From: the human T2T-CHM13v2.0 reference genome, Homo sapiens
DNA length: 64,000 bases
NCBI RefSeq assembly: GCF_009914755.1
Contig: NC_060931.1
Reading direction: 5' to 3' (one strand)
The notes beneath the pieces were generated by a model. That model saw nothing but the letters and a program-made list of their open reading frames with translations. It was not told the DNA's origin and searched no databases. Made by a program: the position numbers and the translations under genes. Positions 13,797-62,517 of the stretch are shown here, one piece after another (positions within the stretch are counted from its first letter, which is position 1; each line of letters begins with the position of its first letter).

Positions 13797-14901
13797 CCAT
13801 TGTAGTTCTGAGTTTGTCATTTCCTTAGAGTCCTTCTCTATGTCCCATAGCTAGATCAGGACCTCTGCTTTGTATTCCCATAGCACCCTACATATTTCCC
13901 GTAAGATGTTTCATCACAGTTTATTCTGTAGACTTCTCTAATGCCTATCTGTTCTGCAGGAATCCTCTTGCCTTAGGTTCCCAAATCCCATCACAGTGAC
14001 TGAGACATAGTAGATATAAAATACATAGTTAATAAATGAGTGAACCATCTGATTGAACCATGAAGCCATGATTTTGCATATTCCTCTTTACTTCCTGGAG
14101 TGCCAGCCCAACAAATCCTCACCCATCAAGATTGATCTTCTGTTCTTGGTGATCCATCTTAATATTCTCAGGCAAAGCTAGAAGCCTTATTTCTGTTTTC
14201 CCATGGAAAGACTTCTATCACTAATCTTTTTCACATTATTTATCTCTCACGCATGCCCACTAAATCACGAGCAACTTGAAGGCAATTGTCATCTAAAGCA
14301 TCCTTCTATCCTCACTGCCTATGATTCAATACATAGTTGCTGAATGAATGAGAAATGATTCACATGTCAGCTTCTTAAAAACTGGAATTATATATGCTGA
14401 TATCTTCCATACCTGGGTAATGGTTACATAAAAAGTCTTGTTGATAGCAATACAAACTAAGGTTTTAATAAATATTCAAAGGCAAGTACATATACACACA
14501 CATATACAAATCCTGCTTCTCCTCCTGTCTTCCTCATCCCAAGTAACAATACCAACACCCACTTAGTAGCCCAAGCCAGAACTCTCACCTCCATTTTCCA
14601 TATTTAATTGATCACCAAGTCCTATGAATTCTAGGTCCTAAATATCTCTCTCCTTCTCTCTGTCTTCATGGCTTCAGCTTTAGGTTAGGCCCTCATCATC
14701 CATTGGCCTGCACTGTTAATTGTACCCCAAGTACTAACATACATATTGCTCTTTCTCAAACACGACTTCTCTTTCATGCCTCTCTTCACTTAGCAAAAGT
14801 TAAATGAGTACCAACACTGACTGTAACCATGATAGGTTTTATGACACAGTAGTGAATAAGACAGGCAAGATTCCAGCCCTTGTGGGACTTACCTTATAGA
14901 G

Positions 14902-15106
14902 CAGTGGCAATATTGACATTTGAGGTGAGTAAGTCTTTGTTATGGCTCTGTCCCATGTACAATAGAATGTTTAGCAGCACCCCTGGCCTCTATCCACTAA
15001 ATGCTAGTAGGATACACCCCTGTTCCCAGTTAATGACAGTCAAAAATGTCTCCAGACACTGCCAAACATCCCCTGGGGGACAAATCACCTCAGATTGAGA
15101 ATCACT
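14902..15106 (+). mobile_element. MER20-like hAT element
   Basis: gaatgtttagcagcacccctggcctcta...aaaaatgtctccagacactgccaa...ttgagaatcactg. Confidence 0.8.
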
Positions 15107-16650
15107 GTTCTAGAGGGAGATTATGATAACATTAATTATGTAAGTACAAATTATGATAAATGTCACCTCCCACTACAAATATTATATCATCTTGTCTAGA
15201 AAAGGTTTTCCTTTCCTTTCTTTTTTGGTGAATTTCTCCAGGATTCACTTCCAATGTTCCCTTCTCCTGGAAGCCTCGTCAACTTCCCCAAGCAGAACAA
15301 GTGACTTTTTAACTCCCTTAGACCTTGTTAATACATTGTTCACTGCATTAAGGAAAAATATCTTTGTTTTAAAGAGCTAATGCATTATTTTCTCAGGTAA
15401 GTTATAGTAACCTCTACCCATGCATGAATTGTCCCTATATCAAATTTTAATAAACAAGGTATTTCAGTATATGCAGTTTATTTTTGTATACTTTTTCTCA
15501 ACCACAAGAATTTTAGTTCCAGTATATAAGAATTATGAGTTACTCCTTTTGGGGATAATTAGAAAAAGAGGAAATTGGGTGATGGGAATAAAAAATAAAG
15601 GAAGGCAGATGGCATGACAGTAACAGAGGTTTTTGCCTTGAGGCTTTAGCAAATTAGGGAATCTGAGGAGACGTCAACCAGGACCTTAAAACGGAACTCC
15701 CACAGTTGCAAGGAAGGAGGGAAGTGGTATTTGTGTAAGAGGGGCCTGATGGCATGTACTTTGGGGAGTTATCTCTGGGATTGAGGATGCAGAAGTCAAC
15801 AATTCCAAATCATCAAATCAGAAAGGCATTGCACATTTGGATGGAGAATCAAATTCAGGGGGAAAGATCTTTCACATGTATATTACTTTGGCAAAGCAAA
15901 GCAAATTTATGGGCATTTTATTGAAATAGCAGAGGAGAAAGGCCCTGAGAAATTTCACCTGAGCAAGAGATGATAAATGGAAAGCAGTTGTACTATAACC
16001 ATTATTATTAATTTAAGATGTGAAAAATGTTACCGATATTCTTTGTTTAGCATGCTGTTCTGATGGTTCTATTTTAGAGATAATACAAAGAAGATTTATG
16101 CAAGTTTGCATTTAATCCCCCTAAAATCTTAAATACCTCCAACTGCAAAATCTTGTTATCCTCACAATTAGGGAGAATCTACTCTATCTGTAACAGTCTC
16201 CTGAGACTGGAATTTCTATCTTATTCCTTTTTCTATTCCCACATCTACACTGGGCACATAATAAGAACTTAATCATTATTTGTTGAACATATAATTCAAA
16301 ATAAGATGCGGCAGGAGGAATTGGCAAAACCTATCCTATTCTCTCAGATGGAGATTCTGAGAGCAAAGTGAAGATTGGGAGCAGGCAGAGCAGAAATGCA
16401 CTCAGCTGCAGACAATAAGCCAGAATGGCCATCAGAGAGGTCCTGCACGAAGGAATGCAGCTGCCGCAACAAGTGTAGGACTGTAGAGTCCTGGGGAAGC
16501 ACTATTGGAGATCCAGGCAGTTAGGTCTGCAACAGTAACTGACACGAATATACAGACATGGCACTGAAATTTAGGAGCAGAACTCCAGCCTCCAGGGTGT
16601 AAGGAAGGGGTAATAAATGGCTGGTTGCCAAGATCATAGCTCAGGCCCAA

Positions 16651-16933
16651 TTTTTTTTCTTTCTTTCTTTATTTTCTCTCTCCCTTTTTTCTTTTCTTGA
16701 GACAAGATCTTGCTCTGTCACCCAGGCTGGAGTGCAGTGGCATAATCTCAGCTCACTGCAGCCTGACCTCCTGGCTCAACTGACCCTCCCACATCAGCCA
16801 CCTGAGTAGCTCAGATCACAGGCGCACACTACTATGCCTAATTTTTATGTTTTTACTTTTTGTAGAGACAAGGTCTTTCTATGTTGCCCAGTCTGACTTC
16901 AAACTCAGGCTCAAGCAATCCTCCCATCAGGCC
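16651..16933 (-). mobile_element. Alu (AluJ-like, diverged and truncated)
   Basis: T-rich tail then tcttgctctgtcacccaggctggagtgcagtgg. Confidence 0.9.
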
Positions 16934-17742
16934 GAGTTTCTAACATTGTGTCTTACACAGACAGTAGTAGTTTTGTTGAATGAAGGAAGGAAGGAAGGAG
17001 TGAATAGAGTGATTGATTTTTACCAATAATAGAGGAACCAGGCACATTATCAAAAGAGAAACTCAAGTGCAAGAAAACGAGATAGATGATATAAGAATGG
17101 ACATACAATTTCGTCTGGTTTCAGAAATACGAAGCCCAGACAAAAGAACAGAGCCCCAGAGAGAAATACGATAAACAATGCTTAGAAAAGGCTAGAACAG
17201 CTTCTTAAATTTATCCTATACAACAGGTCCTGTTCCAAGTCTGGGCAGGAGTATGTCTGCTGGTGTGCATAAATGGCCGCAGTTGTAAAATGAGGTCCCT
17301 GTCAGAAAACCCAACAGGGACTCACAGACATGAACAATGACTTACGTGACTGTTTTAGTCCAGCATGTTGCACATTCTGAAGTTCTGAATAGGAAGATCT
17401 ATTCGCTTACCTACTCTCCTGGGTACTTCAGAAGGAAAGTCCATTTTTCAAGGCTCCAAAGTGTCATTTTTATTCAAGTATCAAAACGTGACACAGAAAC
17501 TACAGGGAATAGAAGCATATGTCAATGTGTAAATAAAATCACCTGGGCCTCTGGAGGCATTTTCTAGGAGGAGTAATGAATTTACAGTAAAGTATGCATC
17601 TTTTTTGCCTCACCTGATCTGCTTAATTACCAAGAGAATGGCACTCCAAGTCCACAGAGTGGTGAATTCCAAGATACTGTAACTGGGAGAAGTTAATTGG
17701 TCCATAGAGGAACTGAGGCTACAGCCCAGACTTCATTAGCAC

Positions 17743-17803
17743 CAGGTTTTAACCATTACTCAAATCACATTCAGGTTTTTACCATTACTCAAATCACATT
17801 CAG
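17743..17803. repeat. 29-bp tandem duplication
   Basis: CAGGTTTT(A/T)ACCATTACTCAAATCACATT x2 plus CAG. Confidence 0.93.
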
Positions 17804-18024
17804 CTTTCTTGAAGAGTTCATGTATACCCTTCAGTACACATTTTTTCACTGTAAATTTGTTAACTAAATAACTTTAAGTAGAGTTAGGATGAGCAAAGAA
17901 AAGGATTAAAATTCTTCCTATCATGCTACAAATACTGTAATAAAGAATAATTAATAGGCTTCCAGAATGTCCAGCTACCCATCTCTTTGTACCAAGGAGA
18001 ATCAAGAAAAGAAGGGGCCTAGAC

Positions 18025-18330
18025 AGGCAAGGGGAGACGTTGGCAATGGGTACAAAGTTCCTGTTAGACAGAAGGAATGAGTCTTTGTGATCTACTGCAC
18101 AGCATGGTGACTACAGTTAATGATAACGTATTGTATACTTCAAAGGAGCTTAAAAAAGAGGATTGGTTCATGTTCTCGCCAGAAAGAAATAATAAATATT
18201 TGAAGTGATAAATATGTTAATTAGCCTTATTTGATTATTCCAAATGTATACATGTATTGAAAGATCACATTGTGCCCCATAAATATATACAATTATTATT
18301 GGTCAACTAGAAATAACATAGAATAAAAGT
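18025..18330 (+). mobile_element. L1 3' end (L1MA-like)
   Basis: gggtacaaagtt...cagcatggtgactacagttaat...cacattgtgccccataaatatatacaatta. Confidence 0.8.
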
Positions 18331-18532
18331 AGTAAGTCAACAGACATATTAAAGAGAGAGCAAAAAAATGTGAAGGAGGCTTTTTGGAGTGAAGGAGAAG
18401 AGAGAAAAGAAGTTATCTTCATAACTGGACTTCCAGGTTTCCATCTTGCCCTACTTTAATCTATTCTCCATGAGGCTATCAAAGTAATTTATCTAAATCC
18501 AACTTTAACCATAACAGTCACATTCCTCAACA

Positions 18533-18720
18533 CTAGTAGTTCCTAACTGCCGCATGATCAGAATTACCTAGAGGGCTTGTTAACCCACAGATTGCTGAGA
18601 AGCCACACCCAGAGTTTCTGATTCAGTGGATCTGAGATAAGGCATGAGAATTTGTGTTTCTTACAAGTTCTAAGGTGATGCTAATGTTATTATCCAGGGA
18701 CCACGCTTTGAGAACCAGTG
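18533..18720. mobile_element. MER5A-like hAT element
   Basis: atcagaattacctagagggcttgtta...gtttctgattcagt...ggaccacgctttgagaaccagtg. Confidence 0.8.
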
Positions 18721-19854
18721 ACCTGGAGAAAGTCTTTAACTTTGAGCTTCAATTTTCTCCTTGTGAAATAATTTTCCCCTTGTAAAACTCTTCAGATTGT
18801 TGTGTTAAATATTGAAAAATATTCCAGACAAATGCTAGATTTTATTTTAATTTAAAAGAAGGAGCAAGAGGCTTGCAGTCAAGAGGCCAGACCCCTAGTT
18901 ACAGGTCTACCATAAGCTGACTAGTCAAATAACCTCTCTAGTCATGTTTTCTCATTTGTAAAAGGAATTAATTCATGCAACTAGCACTTATTGAATACCT
19001 GTTGTATACCAGACACTTGTCAGACAATAGAAATATGGTAGAAAAACAAATCTTGCTTCCACACATTTATAATTATGATTATGTTTTGGATGATGTTTAA
19101 ATTATCTTCCAACTCTCAGTTATTTCATGACTTTATAATTAATAAAATGAGCTTTTTCCTATTCTTATGGTATTTTGTTCCTCATAAATTTGACTTAAAT
19201 GTTTATGAGCTATTAGGGATGGCTATTGGGTGAACTGCCTAAAATACATTTATGTGTTAAGTACATTTCATGTGTTGATTGCCATTATATCAATAAAAGA
19301 AAATTTTTAATGTATGGGTTAAATAGTAAATCATCAGTGAAGTAAATAACCAGTATTTATATTTATGTTCCTTATTTTCCAGCTATGTCATGCCAAATCA
19401 GTTGTTTATTGGGTAAATATTTGTTGAGCATCTATAAGTCAGCAGGCACTATGCCAGGATCTAGTGATAGAAGGGTAAATGAAATTGGCATTGTGTCTGC
19501 TATAAAAGACCTCACATTCAAGTGAAGCTAGTCAATGAATAATTAGCACTTTTAATTAATTAACCAACCAGTCTTGTGGTAGATATTAGGTATTAGAAGT
19601 ACAAGGCATTTTGAAAATGTACAACAAAAGGACTTGGCCCATTCTAGGATATCTAGGAAGCCTTAGACAAGTCACTTCAGCTTTCTGAGCCTCAATTGTC
19701 TTGTAAAATTGAAAAAAAGTAATAAAACACACCCCTTAAGATGCAGATAATGATTGTTGGCACTTTGAGATAATTTATTTAAAATTCCCGCCACAGTACT
19801 TAGCACACTATATAACAGGTAGTTATGACATCACATTAACTAACTGAAAGATTA

Positions 19855-20241
<387 letters not shown>

Positions 20242-21149
20242 TTAAAAAATAAAATATAAACTGTATTAATTGCACATATAGTATCACACAGAATTAAGTC
20301 TTTATAATTGTTTTTCTATATGTAATATATGAACCAAAGACAGATCATGGATGAATTAATCAATTATCAACACCCAGACTCTTTCTTGCAACTGGAAGTA
20401 AATGTCTCCTTATTTCTTTCAGCTACTTGAAAAGAATTGAAAAATATGAGTCTGGAAGCCAAGCCAACCAAAGTTCTAATAAACCAGGTGGACTTTTGGA
20501 ATGCATCAACATTCTGGTGTTTTTCAACTTAAGGATGGATTTGGAACTGGCTGCAGAAATGTAATCAGCATCTTCTCAAAGAAAAAGGCAGACTTAACTG
20601 AAAGTTGAAATTTGTGTGCCCAAATACATCCCTCTGAATTATGGGGCTTGGAATAGTCAATAACAAGATACCACAAAACAACTATCTCTATACAATCTGT
20701 ATAAAAGAATACTCAGAATCATGTGTAAGTAAAGAAGTGGTTACCTATTTCATATTTCTAAACTTGAAAAATGGGGCACTGGAGATTAAACTGGGATTCA
20801 TGAAATATGAGATAAATCGACTCTGTCTACACATTGTAAAAGAAGCTCATGAGAAAAATTGATGATTCACTAACAAGTTAGGAAAAAAAAATCCATACAC
20901 ACTTAAATGTTCCTTGCTTCAATACTAAAAAGCAAAGGAAGAGGGGCATAACATAGAAAACCTAAAGAATATTTTAGTGGAAGGCTTTAAAATGGGGGTG
21001 AGTGTTAAAATTAAGCAGCTGCTTCAAATGATCTTATTCTAAACATGCATAATCCTCTTGCATAGTAATCCTAACATCATCTTTAAACTCTATCCAGCTC
21101 CTTCTGGACTCCTGTTATAGCTAAAATTCCACACCACATGTGTTTATTA

Positions 21150-22580
21150 CCTCACCTTTCCCTCTTCCACTTTCGCTCACCTGGATTTTGTTCCACTGAA
21201 ACCACTGTTACGAAAGTCACCAGTGACTTCCAAGGTGCTAATTTATGTAATCTTTTTAGCCTTTTCTGGACCTCTCAGAAAAACATGAAACTTTCCAGCA
21301 CCCTAAAAAACTATTCTTTCCTCCCTGCAAAGTGTGTTTTCTTTCCTTCTGTGATGGGGACATTACGGCTTTTCCCCATCCAAAGTGGCTGCTCCTTCTC
21401 AGTTGCCTTGATGATTTTCCTCTTCTGTTCATTCTTTAACATTGGAGCTCTTCAGAGTTTTGTCCTATGTTTGATTGTTTTCTACTTTCACACACACATA
21501 TAATCTGGGAGATTTCATCACTCCCATGACATCAGTCATCTGATGACTCCTTTATCCATAAGTCAAGGCCAAATAGAGATTGTGGACTTGAGGCCTAAGT
21601 ATCTAATTATCTATGAGACTTCTCCTCTTAGGTGGCCCACAATCACCCAAAATTGAACATGAATTGGCCTCTTTATCCTCCCCTCCCCACCCCAAGCTAT
21701 CTCCTCCTCAAATGTTCCCCAAGTCACTGGATGGCACCTCCAGTCATCCAGTTGCCAAAGCCAGAAACTGGCAGTGCTCCTTAAGTCATCCCCTTGAATT
21801 CTTCCTCTCTCTCTCTCTCCCCATTACCAAACATCAGAGCACTTTTCTTCTACTTCTGAAACATTTCTATAGCTCATCAACTTCTCTTGAGCTCCACCAC
21901 ATCTATCCTAGTTCAGGCCACCATCATTTCCCCTCAGAATTCCTGCTGCAGTCTCCTTACTGTTCTCCCTGTCTCTACTGTGCTCCCCTTCTAATCGTTT
22001 CTCCACACTGCAGCCCCAGTCATCTTATTCAAAACACTCTCTGGTTTCCTACCCTCTCTGTTTAAAATAATCTAAACACTCCCATAGCACACTTGAGAAA
22101 ACACAAACACCAGAATACAGCCTAAAAGGTCCTTTTTGATCTGGTCCCTGCCAAAACCACCAATCTCATCTCTAGCTCCTTCCTCTATCCTCCCTCTTTT
22201 CCACCACAATCCCATCGTACTGAAATGCTCCATTCCTCAGATTGCCAAATTTTTCAATGCCTCTGTGCCCACACCACTCTCACACCTCTTTTTAAAATTT
22301 TGTTTGTATTTAAGGGTTGAACAAGGATGTTGCATCCTCCAGGAAGCCCTCCTTGATTCCACTTATCTGAATCTAGATGAGGTGTCCATCCTAAATCCTC
22401 CCATAAACATGTAAGCATTCTATTCCTCCATTACAGTATTCATCACACTCTTCTCTATCCTCCAACAGACTATAAGCCCCCTGAGGGCAATGACCTTGGC
22501 ATTCTGTTTCATAATTATATACCCACCAACCCAGTAAGTGCCTGGCATAACACTAAATATTGCTTGAGTAAACATACATC
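21150..22580 (-). mobile_element. Degraded L2 fragments
   Basis: Pyrimidine-rich, with ccactgaaaccactg...aagtcaccagtgac, ccagttgccaaagccagaaact and agtgcctggcata motifs; boundaries uncertain. Confidence 0.55.
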
Positions 22581-22585
22581 TTACC

Positions 22586-22908
<323 letters not shown>

Positions 22909-23006
22909 TTAAATAATCAATGGGAACTGAATATCCTAATTGATATGACACAGAGCAGGAATCTCCATGCCTTTCAAACAAATATCACAGAAAGAAATCA
23001 GCCCTT

Positions 23007-23310
23007 GCTGGGCACAGTGGCTCACACCTGTAATCCAAGCACTTTAAGAGGCAGAGGCAGGTGGATCACTTGAGCTCAGTTGGAGTTTAAGAAAAGCCTA
23101 GGCAACATGGTGAAACCTCATCTCTACAAAGAATACAAAAAATTAGCCTGGCATGGTGGCATGCACCTGTAGTCCCATCCACTAGGGAGGCTGGGGCAAG
23201 AGGATCACGTGAATCCAGGAATTCGAGGCTGCAGTGCCCCCAGATCATACTACTGCACTCCAGCCTGGGTGATAAAGTGAGACCTTCTCAATAAATAAAT
23301 AAATACAAAA
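23007..23310 (+). mobile_element. Alu (AluJ-like)
   Basis: Diverged Alu consensus, (AAAT)n tail. Confidence 0.92.
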
Positions 23311-24508
23311 TTAAAAACCAGCACTTAACTCTTCAGCTACCACATTAATTCTCAGCAAATACCTTCTTAGCAGTCGTTTGACAATCAAGTCAACTAGAAC
23401 TGGAACTAGAATGAGATAACATGGTATTGCTTCTTCTCACAGAGTAGATCCTCAATGAATGTTTGAAAGGAGATGTCAGTCCGATGTTTACCTTTGATCA
23501 AAGAAAGGAATATAAGATTAAGACATCAGGGCCTCGTCAGGCTGTTCTGCATTTCTGTATTAGCCAGACTCTCAACCATTTTCTTGCCATATATAAACAT
23601 GCGGCCCAGTTTGTAATCAGTGGGTTATAGGAAGCTAAAGAAATTATCTTTTCTTTCATAGAAAATAATTTGGGCATAGGAACCCAGGTATTAACCGTCT
23701 AGCACCAAAGTTGTAGGAATCTTTAGTCTCCTCTGCCTCCCTTCTTCCATCCCTCTACTCTCAGTCTTGACCCCACCCCACCCCTTACTTGTTTTTCCTT
23801 CTACTCATTTTCTCCTCCCTCCCTCTCCCCTCTCCCCACACTAGAACCATCAGGGCCCTCACCAGGGCATTCAGTTCAGGTTCTGGGTCAGCTCTCACAG
23901 CTCTACCAGTCCCACCCCCATCCCCAGGAAAAACTGCTCCTTATTTGGAGTCACAAAAATATTTAACAGAGATCTAACTGACCACTAAAAATTCCTCCTT
24001 TAAAACAAACACCTAATCAACTATTTTCCCCCAAGTTATATGGAAAAACAGCTGCAATTAGAACTTGATTCTCACTTTAAGAAAGAAAGATTCTTGTTTG
24101 GTTTTCTCCACTTTCATTTTTTGTTTCTAGGTCCAGGGCCTCCCACCAAATGCTGACGGCTGCCTGCTTCAAACCCTGCCACATCAGCAGGAAGGGAGCA
24201 CAGCGGCATTTGGTATTTGCATCAGTTTCCAGGAATGCTTTTCAAGTTATCAGTTCACTCTGCTGCCTTTAGCAGAGACGTTTTCCCTCTAAGTTTATAG
24301 ATGTCTGCTTCAATTTACAGTCCTCTAATTCTCAAAAACTTGCTGAGGATTTTTCTTTTTTGGCTAAAAGAGAAATTATAATCACACTTCTAAAAACATT
24401 CTATGTTTTAAACTATTTTGACAACAACAACAAAACCTACAATGAAATGTTTAAAACTTGGGATATCTATTGCAAATCCAATGATTGAGCCAACTTGACC
24501 CCAGAAGC

Positions 24509-24582
24509 GTTATCAGATAACCTCACTGAAGGGTATTTGGAGGGTTTCTTTCATAAATCTGTTGCATTACCACCCTGAGTCA
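24509..24582. promoter_or_regulatory. Candidate upstream element at about -2.3 kb (GATA dyad plus AP-1)
   Basis: GTTATCAGATAAC 24509-24521; TGAGTCA 24576-24582. Confidence 0.6.
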
Positions 24583-25409
24583 TTTTGCTCAGAATTAGTC
24601 TCTGACTCTCAGCAACACAGGACAAATACACACATATGCCCTGCAAAGGTAATTCAGCACAGTGGTAACAATGATTCTTAGAAATCATTTCTCACTCTTC
24701 TGATATGCAGAAAAAAATTTGTTATGATGTAGTATTGAAGTTTTTCTTTCCTGATAAAAATGATTTCCACTTTAAAAGTTTTTTGTTAGTTCTGTAACGG
24801 TGATATTTCAGGGAAATGTTAAAAATGTTCTTGGAATATACAATTCAACCTCAGGTCTTTTGTTGTTGTTGTTCCTAGAACCTAGAAAACTTCAAACATT
24901 GTTGCCTAGTTAGAAAAAAATTTGAATGTGGATTGCTCCCTGTAAACCCCCTTCTAGGAATGACCAGTAACCCTTTCAAATTCTTTCACTCCCAGTTACT
25001 TCAAAAAATCATCCAAAGTGGTCTCCCAAGTGAGTGCCTTTAATTAGAATAAAACAAGAGGTTATTATAGTTTTTGGTTATCCACTTTTACTTGCATTAA
25101 CCTTTTTTTCTTCTTTTACATTTAGAAAGAGTAACCTGCTTTAGAATAGTCCCTTTTATTTACAGAAGCTGCTGATGGAGTTAACTTCTGCAGAAATTCT
25201 TCCTTAAGGCAAAGCAAAAAAAGCGGGGAGGGGGTGGGGGGAAGGAAGGGAAAAAGATTCTCAGGGAACTACAGCCCACTTGCTTCTGTTTCTTAGAGAC
25301 AGAACTGACCTAAAGATGCCCCCTTTGCGATGACTTCTGGGATAGAGCAGCACTCTAACTAGGCCCCCGCTGCCTCATGGGGACCTTAGGCAAGTAGAGG
25401 AGAGGCCTG

Positions 25410-25410
<1 letters not shown>

Positions 25411-25441
<31 letters not shown>

Positions 25442-25466
25442 GCGCGCGCGCACACACACACACACA
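25411..25466. repeat. (CA)n(CG)n(CA)n compound dinucleotide repeat (about -1.4 kb)
   Basis: 56 bp of perfect purine-pyrimidine alternation. Confidence 0.96.
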
Positions 25467-26542
25467 GCCTTTCAAACCTAGGGCCTGGAATGCCATCCCA
25501 AGAGGCTTTAGAAAAAGGCACAGGACCTTTGGCCTCCCACCTCAGGGTCAAAGTACCAGTTCCTCCTCTCCCTAGTAGGGAGTGGAGGGTTGGATGGAGG
25601 CGGCCAGAGAAGAGGGAAGTTGGGTGCTGGGGAGAGAGTTAACATCCACGTTGGTGGGCGCACTGCTTGGGGTGTTACCAGCGAAGACTACGAAGACCCC
25701 AAGCTCGAATCAGAAGGGCCTCTGGATGTGCTAGGGGAGGTGCTTGGGTGTGGCTGTAAGAGATGGGACAGAGAGTAAGCAGCAAGGTCAAGAGGGACCG
25801 GGGGGCTCACGGGAGGGTTGAAGGGTCCAGGCTCAGGGTAGAACTGGTAAATCCAGACAAGGAGCCCATGGAGAAGGGGAGGGGAGACTGGAAACCATGA
25901 AAGATCCCCCACCGCAGCCTCAGAAAGGAGAGACTGAGAAATAAGTTCTCGGTCTCCAGGTCGGTTGGAGTCGTGTCGGAGTGCCAGACCATCCCCCAAA
26001 AGACCCTCTTTGGAATGAGCCTCAGCAAAGGCAAGCTAGGAGGTCGAAGGACTTCCCCAGGTGACTCGGTCTAGTCTAGAGTTCGCAAAGCCTATCCTCC
26101 CTGTAGCCGGGTGCCAAGCAGCCTCGAGCCTGCTCCCCAGCCCACCTGCCAACAAAAGGCGCCCTCCGACTGCAACCCAGCCCTCCACAGACAGGACCCG
26201 CCCTTTCCCGAAGTCATAAGACAAAGAGAGTGCATCACTGCTGAAACAGTGGGCGCACACGAGCCCCAAAGCTAGAGAAAAGCTGGACGGGGCTGGGGGC
26301 GGGGTGCAGGGGTGGAGGGGCGGGGAGGCGGGCTCCGGCTGCGCCACGCTATCGAGTCTTCCCTCCCTCCTTCTCTGCCCCTCCGCTCCCGCTGGAGCCC
26401 TCCACCCTACAAGTGGCCTACAGGGCACAGGTGAGGCGGGACTGGACAGCTCCTGCTTTGATCGCCGGAGATCTGCAAATTCTGCCCATGTCGGGGCTGC
26501 AGAGCACTCCGACGTGTCCCATAGTGTTTCCAAACTTGGAAA

Positions 26543-26596
26543 GGGCGGGGGAGGGCGGGAGGATGCGGAGGGCGGAGGTATGCAGACAACGAGTCA
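26543..26596 (+). promoter_or_regulatory. COL1A2: Proximal promoter GC boxes plus TGF-beta response element (Smad CAGA box, AP-1-like site)
   Basis: GGGCGG at 26543, 26553 and 26570; CAGACA 26583-26588; CGAGTCA 26590-26596; position about -305 to -252 matches the described element. Confidence 0.88.
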
Positions 26597-26719
26597 GAGT
26601 TTCCCCTTGAAAGCCTCAAAAGTGTCCACGTCCTCAAAAAGAATGGAACCAATTTAAGAAGCCAGCCCCGTGGCCACGTCCCTTCCCCCATTCGCTCCCT
26701 CCTCTGCGCCCCCGCAGGC

Positions 26720-26725
26720 TCCTCC
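26720..26725 (+). promoter_or_regulatory. COL1A2: TCCTCC activator motif (-128 to -123)
   Basis: TCCTCC at the position described for the Sp1/Sp3-binding promoter element. Confidence 0.7.
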
Positions 26726-26763
26726 CAGCTGTGGCTGCCCGGGCCCCCAGCCCCAGCCCTCCC

Positions 26764-26768
26764 ATTGG
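26764..26768 (-). promoter_or_regulatory. COL1A2: Inverted CCAAT box (NF-Y/CBF), -84 to -80
   Basis: ATTGG on the + strand, 84 nt upstream of the TSS. Confidence 0.9.
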
Positions 26769-26814
26769 TGGAGGCCCTTTTGGAGGCACCCTAGGGCCAG
26801 GGAAACTTTTGCCG

Positions 26815-26822
26815 TATAAATA
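26815..26822 (+). promoter_or_regulatory. COL1A2: TATA box
   Basis: TATAAATA 33 nt upstream of the TSS. Confidence 0.93.
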
Positions 26823-26901
26823 GGGCAGATCCGGGCTTTATTATTTTAGCACCACGGCAGCAGGAGGTTTCGGCTAAGTTGGAGGTACTGGCCACGACTG
26901 C

Positions 26902-26922
26902 ATGCCCGCGCCCGCCAGGTGA
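26902..26922 (+). other. uORF1 (MPAPAR*)
   Basis: ATG CCC GCG CCC GCC AGG TGA in the 5'UTR. Confidence 0.85.
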
Positions 26923-26953
26923 TACCTCCGCCGGTGACCCAGGGGCTCTGCGA

Positions 26954-26984
26954 CACAAGGAGTCTGCATGTCTAAGTGCTAGAC

Positions 26985-26999
<15 letters not shown>
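26954..26999 (+). promoter_or_regulatory. COL1A2: Fibrillar collagen 5' stem-loop (LARP6-binding) enclosing the start codon
   Basis: GCATGTCTA (26966-26974) pairs perfectly with TAGACATGC (26980-26988); outer stem CACAAGG/CTTTGTG. Confidence 0.93.
26968..26982 (+). other. uORF2 (MSKC*) inside the 5' stem-loop
   Basis: ATG TCT AAG TGC TAG, ending 2 nt before the main ATG. Confidence 0.88.
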
Positions 27000-62353
<35,354 letters not shown>

Positions 62354-62517
62354 ATGAACTCAATCTAAATTAAAAAAGAAAGAAATTTGAAAAAACTTTC
62401 TCTTTGCCATTTCTTCTTCTTCTTTTTTAACTGAAAGCTGAATCCTTCCATTTCTTCTGCACATCTACTTGCTTAAATTGTGGGCAAAAGAGAAAAAGAA
62501 GGATTGATCAGAGCATT

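Noticed and set aside
21138-22414. 121-150 aa ORFs upstream
   Set aside because: Lie in pyrimidine-rich degraded L2-like sequence; low-complexity Leu/Ser/Pro/Phe translations
25590-26691. Cluster of longer ORFs (up to 165 aa) in the promoter
   Set aside because: Expected in GC-rich DNA with few stop codons; overlapping in several frames with no recognisable domain
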